The notes beneath the pieces are model-generated. The model saw only the letters and a program-made list of their open reading frames with translations. It did not search any database and was not told the DNA's origin. Both the position numbers and the translations under genes were made by a program. Shown one piece after another: positions 25,601 to 39,800 of a stretch of 64,000 bases of DNA. The DNA comes from Tubiluchus corallicola (Eukaryota > Animalia > Priapulida), in contig JAQGDQ010000992.1 in assembly GCA_030141605.1 (NCBI GenBank), positions 8,315 through 72,314 of the forward strand, written 5' to 3'. The first letter of the stretch is position 1. Each line of letters opens with the position of its first letter.

Positions 25601-26150
25601 CGTTACTGCAAAGAGGAAGAAGGAAAAATCAGGAAAGAAACTGACAGAGTGAGAAATCACGCACTTCTATCCCCTATTTCTTTCTCGTTCTTAATTCTTT
25701 ATTAATATACAATTCAACAATCTGCAAGCTCAAATCCAACACTCAATGGCACAGCTACATAATGAAAAGAACAAGTCACTCAGTATGTTGGGTTTATTTT
25801 ACCGTTATCACTTAGATATAACGAAGAAATTTGGAAAGAACTGCCTATAAAGCGTAAATTTAAAATATACCACCTCTGAATAGAAATTTTTAGGCGTGGT
25901 GGTTGCGGCCGTTCACTTGAAAATCATGACTTAACTGGGGACTTCGTGAGTTTACGTAAGTTCATCGTGGCTTTCCGTAAGCGCCAGCTGCTTAAGCCAA
26001 TTAAAATTTCTATATTTTACCTAATGTTCAGGAAAACGTATTGCAAAATTAGCTATTTTAATTTTTTGTAAAAACTTGTTATACTTTTGATGAAGATTGA
26101 CAATGCGCTAATTTAAACTGATTTTACCAAATTCTACAGTCTTCCTCGCT

Positions 26151-26388
26151 TTCTAATGGCGCGTTCAAACTAGCGAGTTTTTTCTGTGAGAGTAAACTCG
26201 CAAGTGTGATCAGCTTACCGAATTCTCTCGGCAAGTTATTGCAAACTTTCCGAAAATTGCAACGAGTTTTCTCCGACGGTGAGCCCGCATTCACACTCTG
26301 CCAAATTCGCGACAGTTTCGTAAAGCCGTTCACACTTGCGAGTTTACTCTCGGAGAGAAAATTCGCTAGTCTAAACGTGCCATTAGAA
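26151..26388. mobile_element. Palindromic MITE (PIF/Harbinger-like)
   Basis: ttctaatggcgcgttcaaactagcgag...agagtaaactcgcaagtgtga mirrors tcacacttgcgagtttactct...ttcgctagtctaaacgtgccattagaa; TAA/TTA at the ends. Confidence 0.75.
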
Positions 26389-28337
26389 CAAGCAATTACG
26401 AATCAGTTACGAAAAGGTGCAATTGTTCATTGGATTCCAATTTTCGATCACATTAGAATGAAAGGCAGTGGCTCGATTGTTTAAATTTCATTTTAATTTT
26501 TATTTATCGCGTAACGTTACAAAATAGCAAAAGTACGTAAGTAAAAAAGTAGATACATAGTTGAAAAATTAAAACTTTAGGGAAAAAACTGGCAAAGGAG
26601 AGTGCGCATGTCCAAACAATCGTCACTCCCTTATTTGTTCATAACATTGAATTAACTGCAAGTTGCAAAATGACCAAAAATGGACCAACTTGTCAAGAAA
26701 TGGTCGGAACCCATTTATCGTCTTATTGGTGCGTGCGACCAAAATTATTTTGTCATAACCTACATAGAACTCGATAACCCGCCAGATTGTTGCGTAATTA
26801 CTGTGTAATTATTTTCTGTTGATTTTTCCTTTAACGGTGATTTTGAAAACTAGTCATAAACAAGTTTGAAACGTGTTTGATGTTTTTTACCTGTAAATCG
26901 AGTGTTGATAATGACAATGCTGGACTATAAGCCGCCTCATTGTTAACTACTGTGTAAAATAAATGACCTATATTAGATACTGGTTCAATGTTATACAGTA
27001 AAATGACAGTTATTCTGTCAGTGTTGTCGATTGGTGTATTTTCCATCCAACTAACAATAGAAAAGCATAACAGCTATTATACAGCTAATATTTTACCCTC
27101 TGGGTATGTTATAGCTATAGTATTTGGAAGCGTTTTTCACTAGAAGAGAGATTTTTATAGACCACTTTAATTCTAATTTTACATCAAATTTGCGATATAG
27201 ACAAGCATATTAGCCATTGATTTTGTTTCCCTACACGTAAAATCTTACACATTTAGCAATTGTTTAAGAGCTTGGATTTATCGATAAGACAGTACCTAAT
27301 CTAAATTAGACATACTTTCAAGATTTTTTGTACATATATACGTCATGCTTGTATATGATTTATAACCAGTATACAAATCACTTGGACGTCCTTGGTATGT
27401 ATCTTAGGCCCAGAACTTTGCTTTCTATTATATAAGAAAACTTTGCTATTCTTTATTTCCAAACAATCCAATTAGTTTATGAAAATGATGACGAAGACGC
27501 TTGCAATATAATGTCTCGCTGTAATAATTAATTTTTGTATTATAGTGTAAATCTTTTAATTGTAAATAATTTCCCAAATCATTATGCTATTTATTGTAAC
27601 AAATAAAAATTTTTGTTTCAATACAAATTTTCTATTTTTCGATAAGAAACCTTTGTTTCCATCTCAAATAAAACTATTTAGAAATTTATAACACTACGCA
27701 CGCGGTATAAGATTGTTTATAATTCAGGTCATAATATATGCAAGCTTCGGGTTTAAGTTCAAGGTTTCTAAGACTTGCCAATATAATAAGGCCGTAATGT
27801 AACGAATAGTAAGACTTGCCAATATAATAAGGCCGTAATGTAACGAATAGTAAAAATAAACCAACTGACTTATCTTCGTTATACTAAGAACAAACATAAC
27901 TTGACATGTTTGATAAAAGACCTATAAAAACACGCACGTACATAAATTTTCTAGATAATGCAAGTTATAACAGTATAGGTTTGTAGTGATGCTTAATTAA
28001 AAAGATTATACTTATCCGTAGCCCAGTTTTCTAGTTTAGTTGTGGAACGCGACTGGCGTATATAATTTGCATGCTATTGTAGTACATCTGTTCACCTGCT
28101 TTTCCTATGTACTACGTCACAGTATGAATTGATTTGATACCATTGTAATAATTATTATACCATGCCAGCCGCGTCAATACTAACACACGCGTCGCTGGTT
28201 TTCCCTCACTGGAACGCTCACCTTGGAGACTTTCAAGACCAATTGACTGCAGAAAATATATTCAAGGATATTGAGCTATGGAAAATAGGATATATTGCAA
28301 CGTTGTCTTTCGTTGTTGTTGCATTGAAATGAATAAT

Positions 28338-28339
<2 letters not shown>

Positions 28340-28401
<62 letters not shown>

Positions 28402-28761
28402 AAGAAAGAATGAGAGAAAGAGAGAGAAGAAGAGAGAGAACAAAGCGACAAAGCGAAAGAAATAGAAAGAGAGAGAGAAATAAAGAAAGTGATAGACAGA
28501 GAGAAAGAGAAAGAAGAATGAGAGAAAAGAGAAAGAACAAAGCGAAAGAAATAGAAAGAGAGAGAGAGAGAAAGAAAAAGACAGAGAGCAAGAGAAAAGA
28601 GAGAGGGCGAAAGAAAGAGAAAGAAAGAAAGTGAGAGACAGAGAGAAAAAATAATGAGAGAAAGAGAGAGAGAGAAAGAAAGGGAGACAGAACAAAGTGA
28701 AAGAAATAGAAAGAGAGAGAGAAAGAGAAAAGAAAGAGAGTGCGAGAGAGATAGAAAGAGA

Positions 28762-28817
<56 letters not shown>
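28340..28817. repeat. (AG)n / polypurine tract
   Basis: Pure AG runs flank a degenerate purine-rich core. Confidence 0.95.
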
Positions 28818-28820
<3 letters not shown>

Positions 28821-31800
28821 ATCAAACATCATTTATCTTCACTGCAATCTCGCAATGTTGCGAACATGCAAAGGTATTTCAGCTGCATTCGAATGCCTAT
28901 CGTAAACGCACTTTTTTCAACGTGATAAATATAGTAGGGGATACCATGGCAGATGAACCCGCAACGAAACAGTTGCAGACCAGGCTTAGTACTACTTAAC
29001 TTCAATTGCTAAGCTTACACGCAGCTATACAACCTATCACCATTGCCACACGTATTTATGCATTCTAACAATGTGGCCTCTCAGTTAAACTTGCACTTAA
29101 GAAAAGAGACCACTTTTCATTGTTGATATTGAAACTGGATACAGAAACAACAGAAAAATCTCTAACTTTTTTTCTTTTATGGTTTCATCATGTTTAACAA
29201 TATTTTACGATTCTAATTTTGTTACTAACAGCAGATTTCTCCAAAACTAGTGTTGGTCGACCAAGTGTTTCACTTAGGTTTAATGTAAGCCTCATAGAGA
29301 AAATTGCTTGATGTCTTAACTCCTTCAGGACTGTACCGTCAAAAATATGTCATAACACCCATCACTTTTCTGCTACCGTATGAGCACAGACAAACAAAAT
29401 GATTACAAATTAGGTACTGTTCTATTCAGGAAAACGTAGGGCTATCCAATCATGTTATTTACTTTAAGCATTTGTAAGTGATTTAATTAGGTCAAATAAA
29501 AAAAAATCGCCCGTTTCAGGCATTGCAACTTAGTCTATTGAGTAGCTTAGTCTGGTGTACACGTGCGTGATCGTACACACTATTTTATTGATCGCCTACT
29601 TGGCTACGCCCAATGAGAGTGCCTGTTGTACATAGTTCCAGGAAAAACCAACTGATCAGGGAAAGAGAAATTAAGGTCGTTTCCTCTTTTAATAGGAATT
29701 TCTCCTTTTAAAAATAGAATAGACTTGAGGCCAAGTGTATCAGGATTTTTTGTCTGGATAGTTGAAATTTTCTGCATTAGCAGGTTTCACACAAGTGATA
29801 CTGTACATTGTTACATGGCAAACGCTGCAGTTATTGAAATTTTTTTCAATTTTTCCTCTAAGATCTATTTTCATTTTGTCTAAAATAAGCCAACGCATTT
29901 CATATATAATCTTGCATGAAAATCCATTGTTTGAGGAGTAGAAACCTAGAAAAATTATCAACTATAACATAATTGCTGCTTAATGAGAGCTGTTTTCATA
30001 AACACATGCAAAATGCAGCTTATTGTCTTGAAGGAGCAAGCTAGTATCACCATTGCAATGTTGAGAGTAAATTGTCTCAGCTATGTGAATACCAGAAATA
30101 CATTCTGGTAACTTCTATTGCAGCTAGTTATAACAATGTGCTTTGTGAAAGCGAGCAAATAGCTTGGTTTGATTGGCTACTAATATTGTCCAGGACTTGC
30201 AAGCGATCGAGTCAAAATTGTCAATGGCTTGTTATTCTAATTTTTGTACTTGTGTGGGATCTGTAAAATTGTAGCAACGCATCAACGCGGCGATTACGTC
30301 TTTCTTCTCACCGGCTGGCAATATAGACTGGCCGCTGGTCAAGAGTCCCACAAAATCAGAGGTTGTGCACCTGTGGGAGTGTGCAATCTGAAAGCCGTGT
30401 TTGTGAGACCGTGCTAGAACAGAGGAAATGAGTAAAAAATTTAACGATTTGGACTTTTCCCATTTAAAAAAATTTTGACAACTGCAATAACATCTCCGTG
30501 TGTAAATGTACTCACATGATTTCAGACTTGTACTGATAAATGTTATTGAAAATATTGTTATCGATGTAGAAATAATCATCACAGCTGCCCTTTGCTTCGT
30601 CCGCTGGTCGTTTTTAGACGACTTTTTGTGCAATTCGTTGTAATGATTTATTTACTGTGTTACTAAAATTACTAACACTTCTACTAGCTTAAAAAGCCAA
30701 ATTACGTTTTAATTAGAACAGCCATAAACCAGAACTTATCATATTACTAACTACGTCAGTTTCTGGCTGACCCTCCCTGCAAATGGAGGGTTTTGTATTA
30801 CTTTAAATTGAAAATAGGGAGATTTAATAAAATGAAATCTGGTTGACAATGGCTAGAATCTGGTAAAAACGTTTTTGGTTTAGATATCTCGGTTTTTACA
30901 AAATGGCGTTCTAATGCTCGCCTGCTGTTCCAAGTGCAACAAGATCTCGTCGACAGTTGACTTCAAGACCAAAACAGTAATAATCAATCAATGTGTTTTA
31001 GTATTTACAAGAGCACGGTCATTGGGCAGAGGTATTGAAACTTGCATTAGAAAGCGGAATATTTATTGATGCGTGAATTAGCCATACGACTAGTCGTTAC
31101 TTGTGCATTAAGGGTGCATTAGACCACGGAGAAAACAAATTAAGAACGCAAGTTGCAAATACAGGAGAGAAGGATCGCCATGTTACTCAGACTGTGTGCT
31201 TGGCTTACTCAGTTAAACAACGCTAAGCTCGGTCAGTAATGCTGCCCTTAGTAATTCCTTTATAATAGGAAGATATACACGATTCTAACACTGCTAAGGC
31301 ACACTTCCCGGCTCAGTGTCTCAGTTTAAAAATATTTTTAATGATTAGGTGGATTCCGGTCCTGTTACAGCTCTGTAGTTAAAGGAAGACAGGGCGATTT
31401 TTCATATACAACTTCATTTCCAACTTTGATAAAAAGTGTTCATTTTAACACAGTTAATACTGCAAAGGAGTTTCTGTTAATTAAATAGCAGATTAAAATC
31501 TTAATTAACAGCGGGCGAGCCAACTATTATTGACATCACAAACTAACATAATTTTCAACAGGAAAACTACTGCAGGTTTCACGTGTTTCCGAAAGCGAAA
31601 ATTGAAGTGCAGTGCTACTGTAAGATATTCGGTGTGTTGTACTAAAAATAGACAAGTTTTAAGATAAAAATTCAAATTTACCGCTGTGCTCACGCATGAG
31701 CTGTCGAACGTGTGTAGTTCGTCACAAACTAACACATCGTACAGCACCTGTTTTTTGTGCAATGCAAATTCAGGCGCTAGTGCCCGTCTAACTAATGTGA

Positions 31801-32310
31801 CGAAATTTATATAACAGTGAAGAACTAGCGGCCCGAACACGAAATTGTGTTTGTGTGGGAATAATTCTTTCACGTGAGACATTTTTGAAAAAATAGTATG
31901 TTTCCTTTCAGTATTTTAAACAGTAGATTGTTTTGTTTTGACTTACAGCTTATGATTGGGTCCGGTTTTGCTGTATTCCTGTTACAGATTAATACATACA
32001 TACACTCATAAATGGTAGCCCCACGCATCGCTTTAAATTAGTTTATTGCTCACGTATCTGAGTAGGATTACAATGTTCGCTTATTATAGTGCAAAATTAG
32101 ACCAATATTTTATAACCTTGCATTCTGCAATGTAATATATAACGTAGCTGATTCACCTTTAAACTAAAAGTGATAAAATGTATGCGCACGAGTGTCAAAA
32201 TATTTTTTACTGGCTTACATTGAGCAAACATGCAAGATGATAACGTTTGGTATTAAACAGAAAGTAAACTAACAGAAAAGTATGCGGGCTAGTTGGGCTT
32301 GTAAAGAGTT

Positions 32311-32988
32311 GCAGGGCGTCACTACACCGAGTGAAGATAACCGCTATTGTAGGGCGTCACTACACCGAGTGAAGACAACCGCTATTGTAGGGCGTCACTA
32401 CACCGAGTGAAGATAACCGCTACTGCAGGGCGTCACTACACCGAATGAAGACAACCGCTATTGCAGGGCGTCACTACACCGAGTGAAGACAACCGCTATT
32501 GTAGGGCGTCACTACACCAAGTGAAGACGACCGCTATTGCAGGGCGTCACTATATCGAGTGAAGATAACCGCTATTGCAGGGCGTCACTACATCGAGTGA
32601 AGATAACCGCTATTGCAGGGCGTCACCACACCGAATGAAGACAACCGCTATTGCAGGGCGTCACTAGGCCGAGTGAAGACAACCGCTATTGCAGGGCGTC
32701 ACTACACCGAGTGAAGACAACCGCTATTGCAGGGCGTCACTACACCGAGTGAAAACAACCGCTATTGTAGGGCGTCACTACACCAAGTGAAGACAACCGC
32801 TATTGCAGGGCGTCACTATATCGAGTGAAGATAACCGCTATTGCAGGGCGTCACTACATCGAGTGAAGATAACCGCTATTGCAGGGCGTCACCACACCGA
32901 GTGAAGACAACCGCTATTGCAGGGCGTCACAACACCGAGTGAAGACAATCGCTATTGCAGGGCGTCACTACACCGAGTGAGGACAACC
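32311..32988. repeat. 38-bp GC-rich minisatellite, about 18 copies
   Basis: Unit gcagggcgtcactacaccgagtgaagacaaccgctatt, with no spacers. Confidence 0.96.
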
Positions 32989-33284
32989 CTAAATTCTGAC
33001 TCCCTAAACGTACTGTAATGTTATTAGAGTGTTAAAGTTTGCCGCATGGTAGCTATAAAGGGGACCTTATTAAGACGCTATGAAATGTGAAATAAAGAAT
33101 GAAGAAGAAGTTGAAAGAAGGGGAGAATAAAGAAGAACTATGTTGCAGTTGGTAGAAAGAAAGAAGTAAAAAGAAAAAAGAAAATAAGAAAACAATGACC
33201 GTATTCAGATTAGCTGTAACTGATTTTTGACAAGAAGCCATCAGTGGATGCGACTGATACGAATTAACAACCAAGTAAATTATT

Positions 33285-33432
33285 CACTATTAGACATTTC
33301 AGAAATATTTGACGTTTCAAAGATTTTTTAAAAATATTTACAGATTTGCTGCTTTTAATGTTCGCGGGAATATTGTTCCATTGTAATGAGGCTGTGAATT
33401 TGAGAAAATGTTTACCAAGATTCGTTCTACAA
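33285..33432 (-). mobile_element. 5'-truncated non-LTR retrotransposon (CR1/L2-group) ORF2 C-terminus
   Basis: RTNLGKHFLKFTASLQWNNIPANIKSSKSVNIFKKSLK matches the typical RTN.GK....F.....WN.LP..IK...S...FK..LK tail. Confidence 0.75.
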
Positions 33433-34494
33433 TAGGGTATAGGGTAAAATAGGGTATAAGATACAATAGGGTAAAGGGTAAAATAGGGTATAAGATACAA
33501 TAGGGTATAGGGTAAAATAGGGTAAAATGTTTGAATTATTGCGCTTGAATAAGCAATACTGCATTATTGAAAGTAGTTGGAAATAAACCGAAAACTGTGT
33601 TTGCAAATATATGTAGAGAGGTTAAATGAAACTAGATCCTCTAAAATTAAAGTATTATTATTTCAAAATTGGATTTATTTACAATTGTAATTGGTCATTA
33701 CAGTCGCCGGCCGATTAGCCGCAAAGAAAATTAAAAATGAAATCAGTGAAGTACTTATGAAACACCCTGTATTTCGTAGAGGTATTAAAACTTTCATTGC
33801 ATTTGTTGCATAGAAATTTAATGATTAAAATACACATCTATAATGAAATAAAACACTAATACGTGATGTTGTCTGATACGTATGTTTGCTTTACGAATTT
33901 AAGTCTCTTTATGCCTTCATATTGAATCAGAGTTATAACCGATGCATAAACATGGTCAACAACTTCCTCGTAATATCGCATGTAATAACGTTTCGCGAGC
34001 AAAAAATTCATTTCTATAAGTTCATAGTTCGAGAAAATGCATTTTAATTAATTTTTTTCATTACATGGAACATGGAAGTAGAACTTGCAAATGACAAGAT
34101 TATAATGATTACGTCAGTGCCAGAACAGTGACAGTTTCATTGCTTGTTTACTGATAAGCCGCGTAATTTGCACGCATATTGAAAGATGGTAGGCCTAATC
34201 TAGGTGTACATGGTAGGCCTAATCTAGGCGTACATGTGTTTAACACAAGCTGAATGTGCAAAGGGCACTAAAAGTTTGTTAACATGCGCTGAACCTGCGA
34301 CTGAGTTAAAGCTTGATTCACACGTATCTGGTAACACGAACGGCAATTCAGCATGAAACATGTTAACTTTAAAACCTATACAGACACATGCGCAAATAAA
34401 TGAGTGACATAAATGAACAAAATACTGAGGAACAAACAAGTAAACAAATGACGAATAAACAAACAAATAAATGAGCGAATGAAGATATATTATA

Positions 34495-35140
34495 TTATGT
34501 TATGTTGTGTTGTGTTGTGTTGTGTTGTGTTGTGTTGTGTTGTACTGTACTGTACTGTACTGTACTGTATTGTATTGTACTGTACTGTACTGTACTGTAC
34601 TGTACTGTACTGTACTGTACTGTACTGTACTGTACTGTACTGTACTGTACTGTATTGTATTGTATTGTACTGTACTGTACTGTACTGTACTGTACTGTAC
34701 TGTACTGTACTGTACTGTACTGTACTGTACTGTACTGTACTGTACTGTACTGTACTGTACTGTACTGTACTGTACTGTACTGTACTGTACTGTACTGTAC
34801 TGTACTGTACTGTACTGTACTGTACTGTACTGTATTGTATTGTATTGTATTGTATTGTATTGTATTGTATTGTATTGTATTGTATTGTATTGTATTGTAT
34901 TGTATTGTATTGTATTGCATTGCATTGTATTGCATTGCATTGCATTTTATTATATTGCATTGTATTGTATTATGTTATGTTATGTTATGTTATGTTATGT
35001 TATGTTATGTTATGTTATGTTATGTTATGTTATGTTATGTTATGTTATGTTATGTTATGTTATGTTATGTTATGTCGTATCATATCATATCATATCATAT
35101 CATATCATATCATATCATATCATATCATACCATATCATAT
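34495..35140. repeat. Compound pentanucleotide microsatellite
   Basis: Successive blocks of TGTGT, TGTAC, TGTAT, TGCAT, TATGT and CATAT. Confidence 0.97.
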
Positions 35141-35607
35141 TAGTAAATTAGTGAATAAATATCGGATGAATAATGAATATGAAAATCAAATCATTCACTT
35201 CATTTAAGTTGCATAGAATGTTTATTATCCATAGCTGCATTAACAATACATGTACATTTTTGTGAACTCACTTTTTTTCCATACAAGTTACTGAGTTTTT
35301 ATATTTTTATGATGGCTACGAAATTACGGTTAATCACCAGGAAAAGTTGCCGTTGCCATTTAACAACCAGTGTGAAATTAGCCTAACTCTCTTTTAGGAG
35401 GCTGTGCAATGGTCAGTGCCTTGTCAACGGTTGCTTAGGAAGCATAGGAACGTACAATTATTCTCAAATGGTGAGTAAACACGAGACGTACGTATTTGTA
35501 CCGCAAGAATATAAAGTCTAATTAATAATTCAGCGCATAAACAATAATTATGAAAATTGACCTGAAATCGATGCTATTCATGGTTACGCCTTACACGAAC
35601 GACGGAA

Positions 35608-36810
35608 ACCAGTGCCAGTGTTCTCTATAGAGGAGACCAGTGCCAGTGTTCACTATAGAGGAGACCACTGCCAGTGTTCACCATAGAGAAGACCAGTACC
35701 AGTGTTCACCATAGAGAAGACCAGTACCAGTGTTCACCATAGAGGAGACCAGTGCCAGTGTTCACCATAGAGGAGACCAGTGCCAGTGTTCACTATAGAG
35801 GAGACCAGTGCCAGTGTTCACCACAGAGGAGACCAGTGCCAGTGTTCACCACAGAGGAGACCAGTGCCAGTGTTCACCATAGAGAAGACCAGTACCAGTG
35901 TTCACCATAGAGAAGACCAGTACCAGTGTTCACCATAGAGGAGACCAGTGCCAGTGTTCACTATAGAGGAGACCAATGCCAGTGTTTACCATAGAGGAGA
36001 CCAGTGCCAGTGTTCACCATAGAGGAGACCAGTGCCAGTGTTCACCATAGAGGAGACCAGTGCCAGTGTTCACCACAGAGGAGACCAGTGCCAGTGTTCA
36101 CCATAGATGAGACCAGTGCCAGTGTTCACCATAGATGAGACCACTGCCAGTGTTCACTATAGAGGAGACCAGTGCCAGTGTTCACCATAAAGGAGACCAG
36201 TGCCAGTGTTCACCATAGAGGAGACCAGTGCCAGTGTTCATCATAGAGGAGACCAGTGCCAGTGTTCACCACAGAGGAGACCAGTGCCAGTGTTCACCAT
36301 AGATGAGACCAGTGCCAGTGTTCACCATAGAGGAGATCACTGCCAGTGTTCACCATAGATGAGACCAGTGCCAGTGTTCACCATAGATGAGACCAGTGCC
36401 AGTGTTCACCATAGATGAGACCACTGCCAGTGTTCACTATAGAGGAGACCAGTGCCAGTGTTCATCATAGAGGAGACCAGTGCCAGTGTTCACCACAGAG
36501 GAGACCAGTGCCAGTGTTCATCATAGAGGAGACCAGTGCCAGTGTTCACCACAGAGGTGGCCAGTGCCAGTGTTCACCATAGATGAGACCAGTGCCAGTG
36601 TTCACCATAGATGAGACCACTGCCAGTGTTCACTATAGAGGAGACCAGTGCCAGTGTTCACCATAGAGGAGACCAGTGCCAGTGTTTACCATAGAGGAGA
36701 CCAGTGCCAGTGTTCACCATAGAGGAGACCAGTGCCAGTGTTCACCATAGAGGAGACCAGTGCCAGTGTTCACCATAGATGAGACCACTGCCAGTGTTCA
36801 CTATAGAGGA
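35608..36810. repeat. 28-bp minisatellite, about 43 copies
   Basis: Unit accagtgccagtgttcaccatagaggag. Confidence 0.97.
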
Positions 36811-39800
36811 TATAAACCAAGATTAATAAAGTCACTAGAAGAAGAAGAATGGGCATTGAAAATTGGAGCGCCCAATACATGAAGTGATCGCGTCTTTAAA
36901 CTGATTTTACTAATTAAACGAGGTGCTTATTGCAGTTTTATTACTAAACTCATCTAGCATTTTGAACATCGCGAACACTGAAATAAGCTTAACCTCCTGG
37001 AAGACTTGTCCTTTCCTTTAAGATATATTTGCAGTTGTAGACTCACGTCTGTGTTCGTTTCCCCGCCCTAGAATTTCAAAAGCACTTGGGAAATACTGAC
37101 CTCAGGGTAGAAAATGCTCATCCTTCCTTATTGTATAGCGTAGGCTTATATGCCTAGCAACCAACAAAGTGCCACTTGAAAAGAAGACATCTAATTTTAC
37201 TAGCTATAATATAAAGACGTCTTTATTTACGTGGAATTAGCTGTAGAGATTTAAGTAGAGTGATTTTCACATACAGTAGCCAATAGACGAGGGTCGACGG
37301 ACAAATCCGACTAATTACCGGAAAATGTCGGATTGCCGACGATACGGAATTCCTCGCTCCATCGTCAGGTGTACACCGTTACATTTCCTGCTCCGTCTGG
37401 TAACTATGGAAAGTTTTACATGTAATAATCTTGACAGAGCCTCCAAAAGAAATTTTGCATGGCGGTACAAGACACCCTTTGGGGTTCCGAGGCAGGCAAA
37501 GATTTTTCTTAAAATTGAGGATTTGATGTCCAGTAAATCTGCATGTAAATTCTCATAAATACTTAATTTCCATGATGTATGCAGCAACAGAAATCAGTAT
37601 TTACGGTTACATTCACCAATCACCTTTAAAGTTTTCTGTTATAGTGAAATGCTTTTTAAACCCCGTTTATAATAATTTATTTCTAAGGAAGCTACTTCTT
37701 TTAAGAAAACCAAAAACCAAATTTAATATTTAACTATAGAGTGCTAATTAAAATATGCTAGAGTACTAATAAAAAGAAGTAAGTATAGTGATGTTCGAGT
37801 AATGTAAGTGCATGTCGAGCTGAGGGTAGTAGAAAGTGCTTGCTCTCGACGAGGGAGGGGTTTTGCGTAGTGGCTGTGGAGCCCTCTTGGCCCCGGAACA
37901 AAGTGCCGGCTGGACCCCCATCTCACAAGTTTCTATCAGTTTCTTATATTGTGACGTTACAATAAAGTTAATTCGTATGCTAATTTTTTACGAGAAAAGG
38001 GATGTCGTCATCGGTAAGTAGCGTTTTAAATGATACGTACTGCCTGTTGGGCAGAAAAAACGAAATAAGCGAGCAACACAGAGCTTTGCAATTTGGATTA
38101 GTTGTTATCGTCTATTAATATACTTAAATTAATTTTGTTAAAAAACAAACAGCCTTGGGTCAATTTTCTTCTAATTCAGGGCAGTAAAGCATATACGTGT
38201 TAGATTTTCTGTAGTCTTGTCATCTGGGCCGTGGCAGGTGTCAGAATCTCGTGAGAATGTGAATTGGTTGTAACGCTAGTGTACCATGAGAACGAAGTGT
38301 TCAGTTCGCTTAACGTTAACCCAGCAACGTAGAATACCTTGCGCCATCTATTATCATTTGTAGCAACAAACTGTCGAAAAAAAACAATTACTTGAATAGG
38401 GCGCCTTGAAATTGAACGCATTAAGCGACGGTTAAGTCATATTACAAAAGCAATTAATCACAGATTATCAAAATTTTATTTGACAACAAAATACGTAGAA
38501 ATCGCTTTTTCCGTTGCGGGATCGTCGTGTACCGTACGACACGGCGGACCAGACGCATAATGTTGACGGTATCTCACGAGAGATGACGCCTCAGACGGGG
38601 TGTCTGCCATCATCTGCTACGGAAATTTGTTCGTTTCTAGGCTTTTTCTGGATCATTGCTGTGTTAACAGTTTATGTCTTGAGGACAGGTTTCTTTTGTT
38701 TTAGAATACTGCTGCAATTGCAAACAATTGATAATTGTCAAGAAATTGTATACGAAATCCTAGACAGTGCGTAATTTGAAGCAACAACACTTGTGTTGGT
38801 CTCCATTTCAGGTAACACTATGAATGCCAGAGTAAAGCTGTGTAACTTCATGGAATCCACCACTGTAGTATGTATCTAATTCCGTTCCTTTTTGTGAAAG
38901 ACAAGTGAGAACAAACCTTTAGCTGAATGTAAAACTGCGATATGCTACATAGATACCCAATATTCTAACAAGTTTAGTTTAACTTTAAGTTACTGTACTG
39001 TACGATGCCACATACGCAGGTACAAATATTCAAACTACCAAACAAAATAGGTTTGCTAAATAATCATTTTTTGCTTATTTATTTTTTAACCCAAACAATA
39101 TGACAGGTGTTGCTGAACCTCATTTGATACTGTCAAATAGATTTTAATTGAGACGTCATCAGTATAATATCAAAATGGAGATATTACTAGGGCTGTTAAA
39201 TTTTACTATCAAAGTAGCTGTCAAAATTTTGTCATGAAATAGAATTTTATAAGAAAAACAAGTTTACAGAGACAAAAGTAGTAAAAACAAGCTACACATA
39301 CATGTAATGCAATTTCAGATACCAGGAGATGCTTGAAGCTAGTGAGAAGTTATCTTGTACAAGTGTAATTTGAATTCCAATAACATCGGAGGTTTAATTT
39401 ATCAAAATTTTGTAGTTAACACTAAAACACAGTCAACATGACCATGTTAACATCTTATTGTTGAGGTTTCAGCCACAACAAACTGAAGCATTTACTGGTA
39501 TCATACAAAAAGCATTCACATTTTCAAATTCTAGTGCAACGCATAGTTACAAAGTTAAAAATATGAGTTTGCCAATTATTCAAAAACCATGAGAGTTCCT
39601 ACATTTATTAGACTAAGGGAAAGAATGCCACTAACCTTCTAATGTGCTTCTTGCAACAGAAGCTTCTGACCAAACAGTACTCACCATGAAAGATGTGTCA
39701 CACGAATCAGCAGTCCACAACACACAAACCAGTGACAATCATTATATTACTGTGGTGTTCATTGTTTACTATTGTGTGTTAGACTATGCTTAATTGTTGA

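Noticed and set aside
28960-29010. Faint 5S rRNA/SINE3-like similarity (also near 31205-31240)
   Set aside because: Too short and degenerate to call an RNA gene.
32311-32988. CRISPR-like regular 38-bp repeat
   Set aside because: Units are head-to-tail with no unique spacers, there are no cas genes, and the context is eukaryotic; it is a minisatellite.
35608-36810. CRISPR-like 28-bp repeat
   Set aside because: Contiguous tandem units with only point variants and no spacers.
37318-37403. Minus-strand exon-like segment with an in-frame TGA (LPDGAGNVTVYT*RWSEEF), a possible selenocysteine
   Set aside because: No recognisable selenoprotein motif, no gene model and no SECIS identified.
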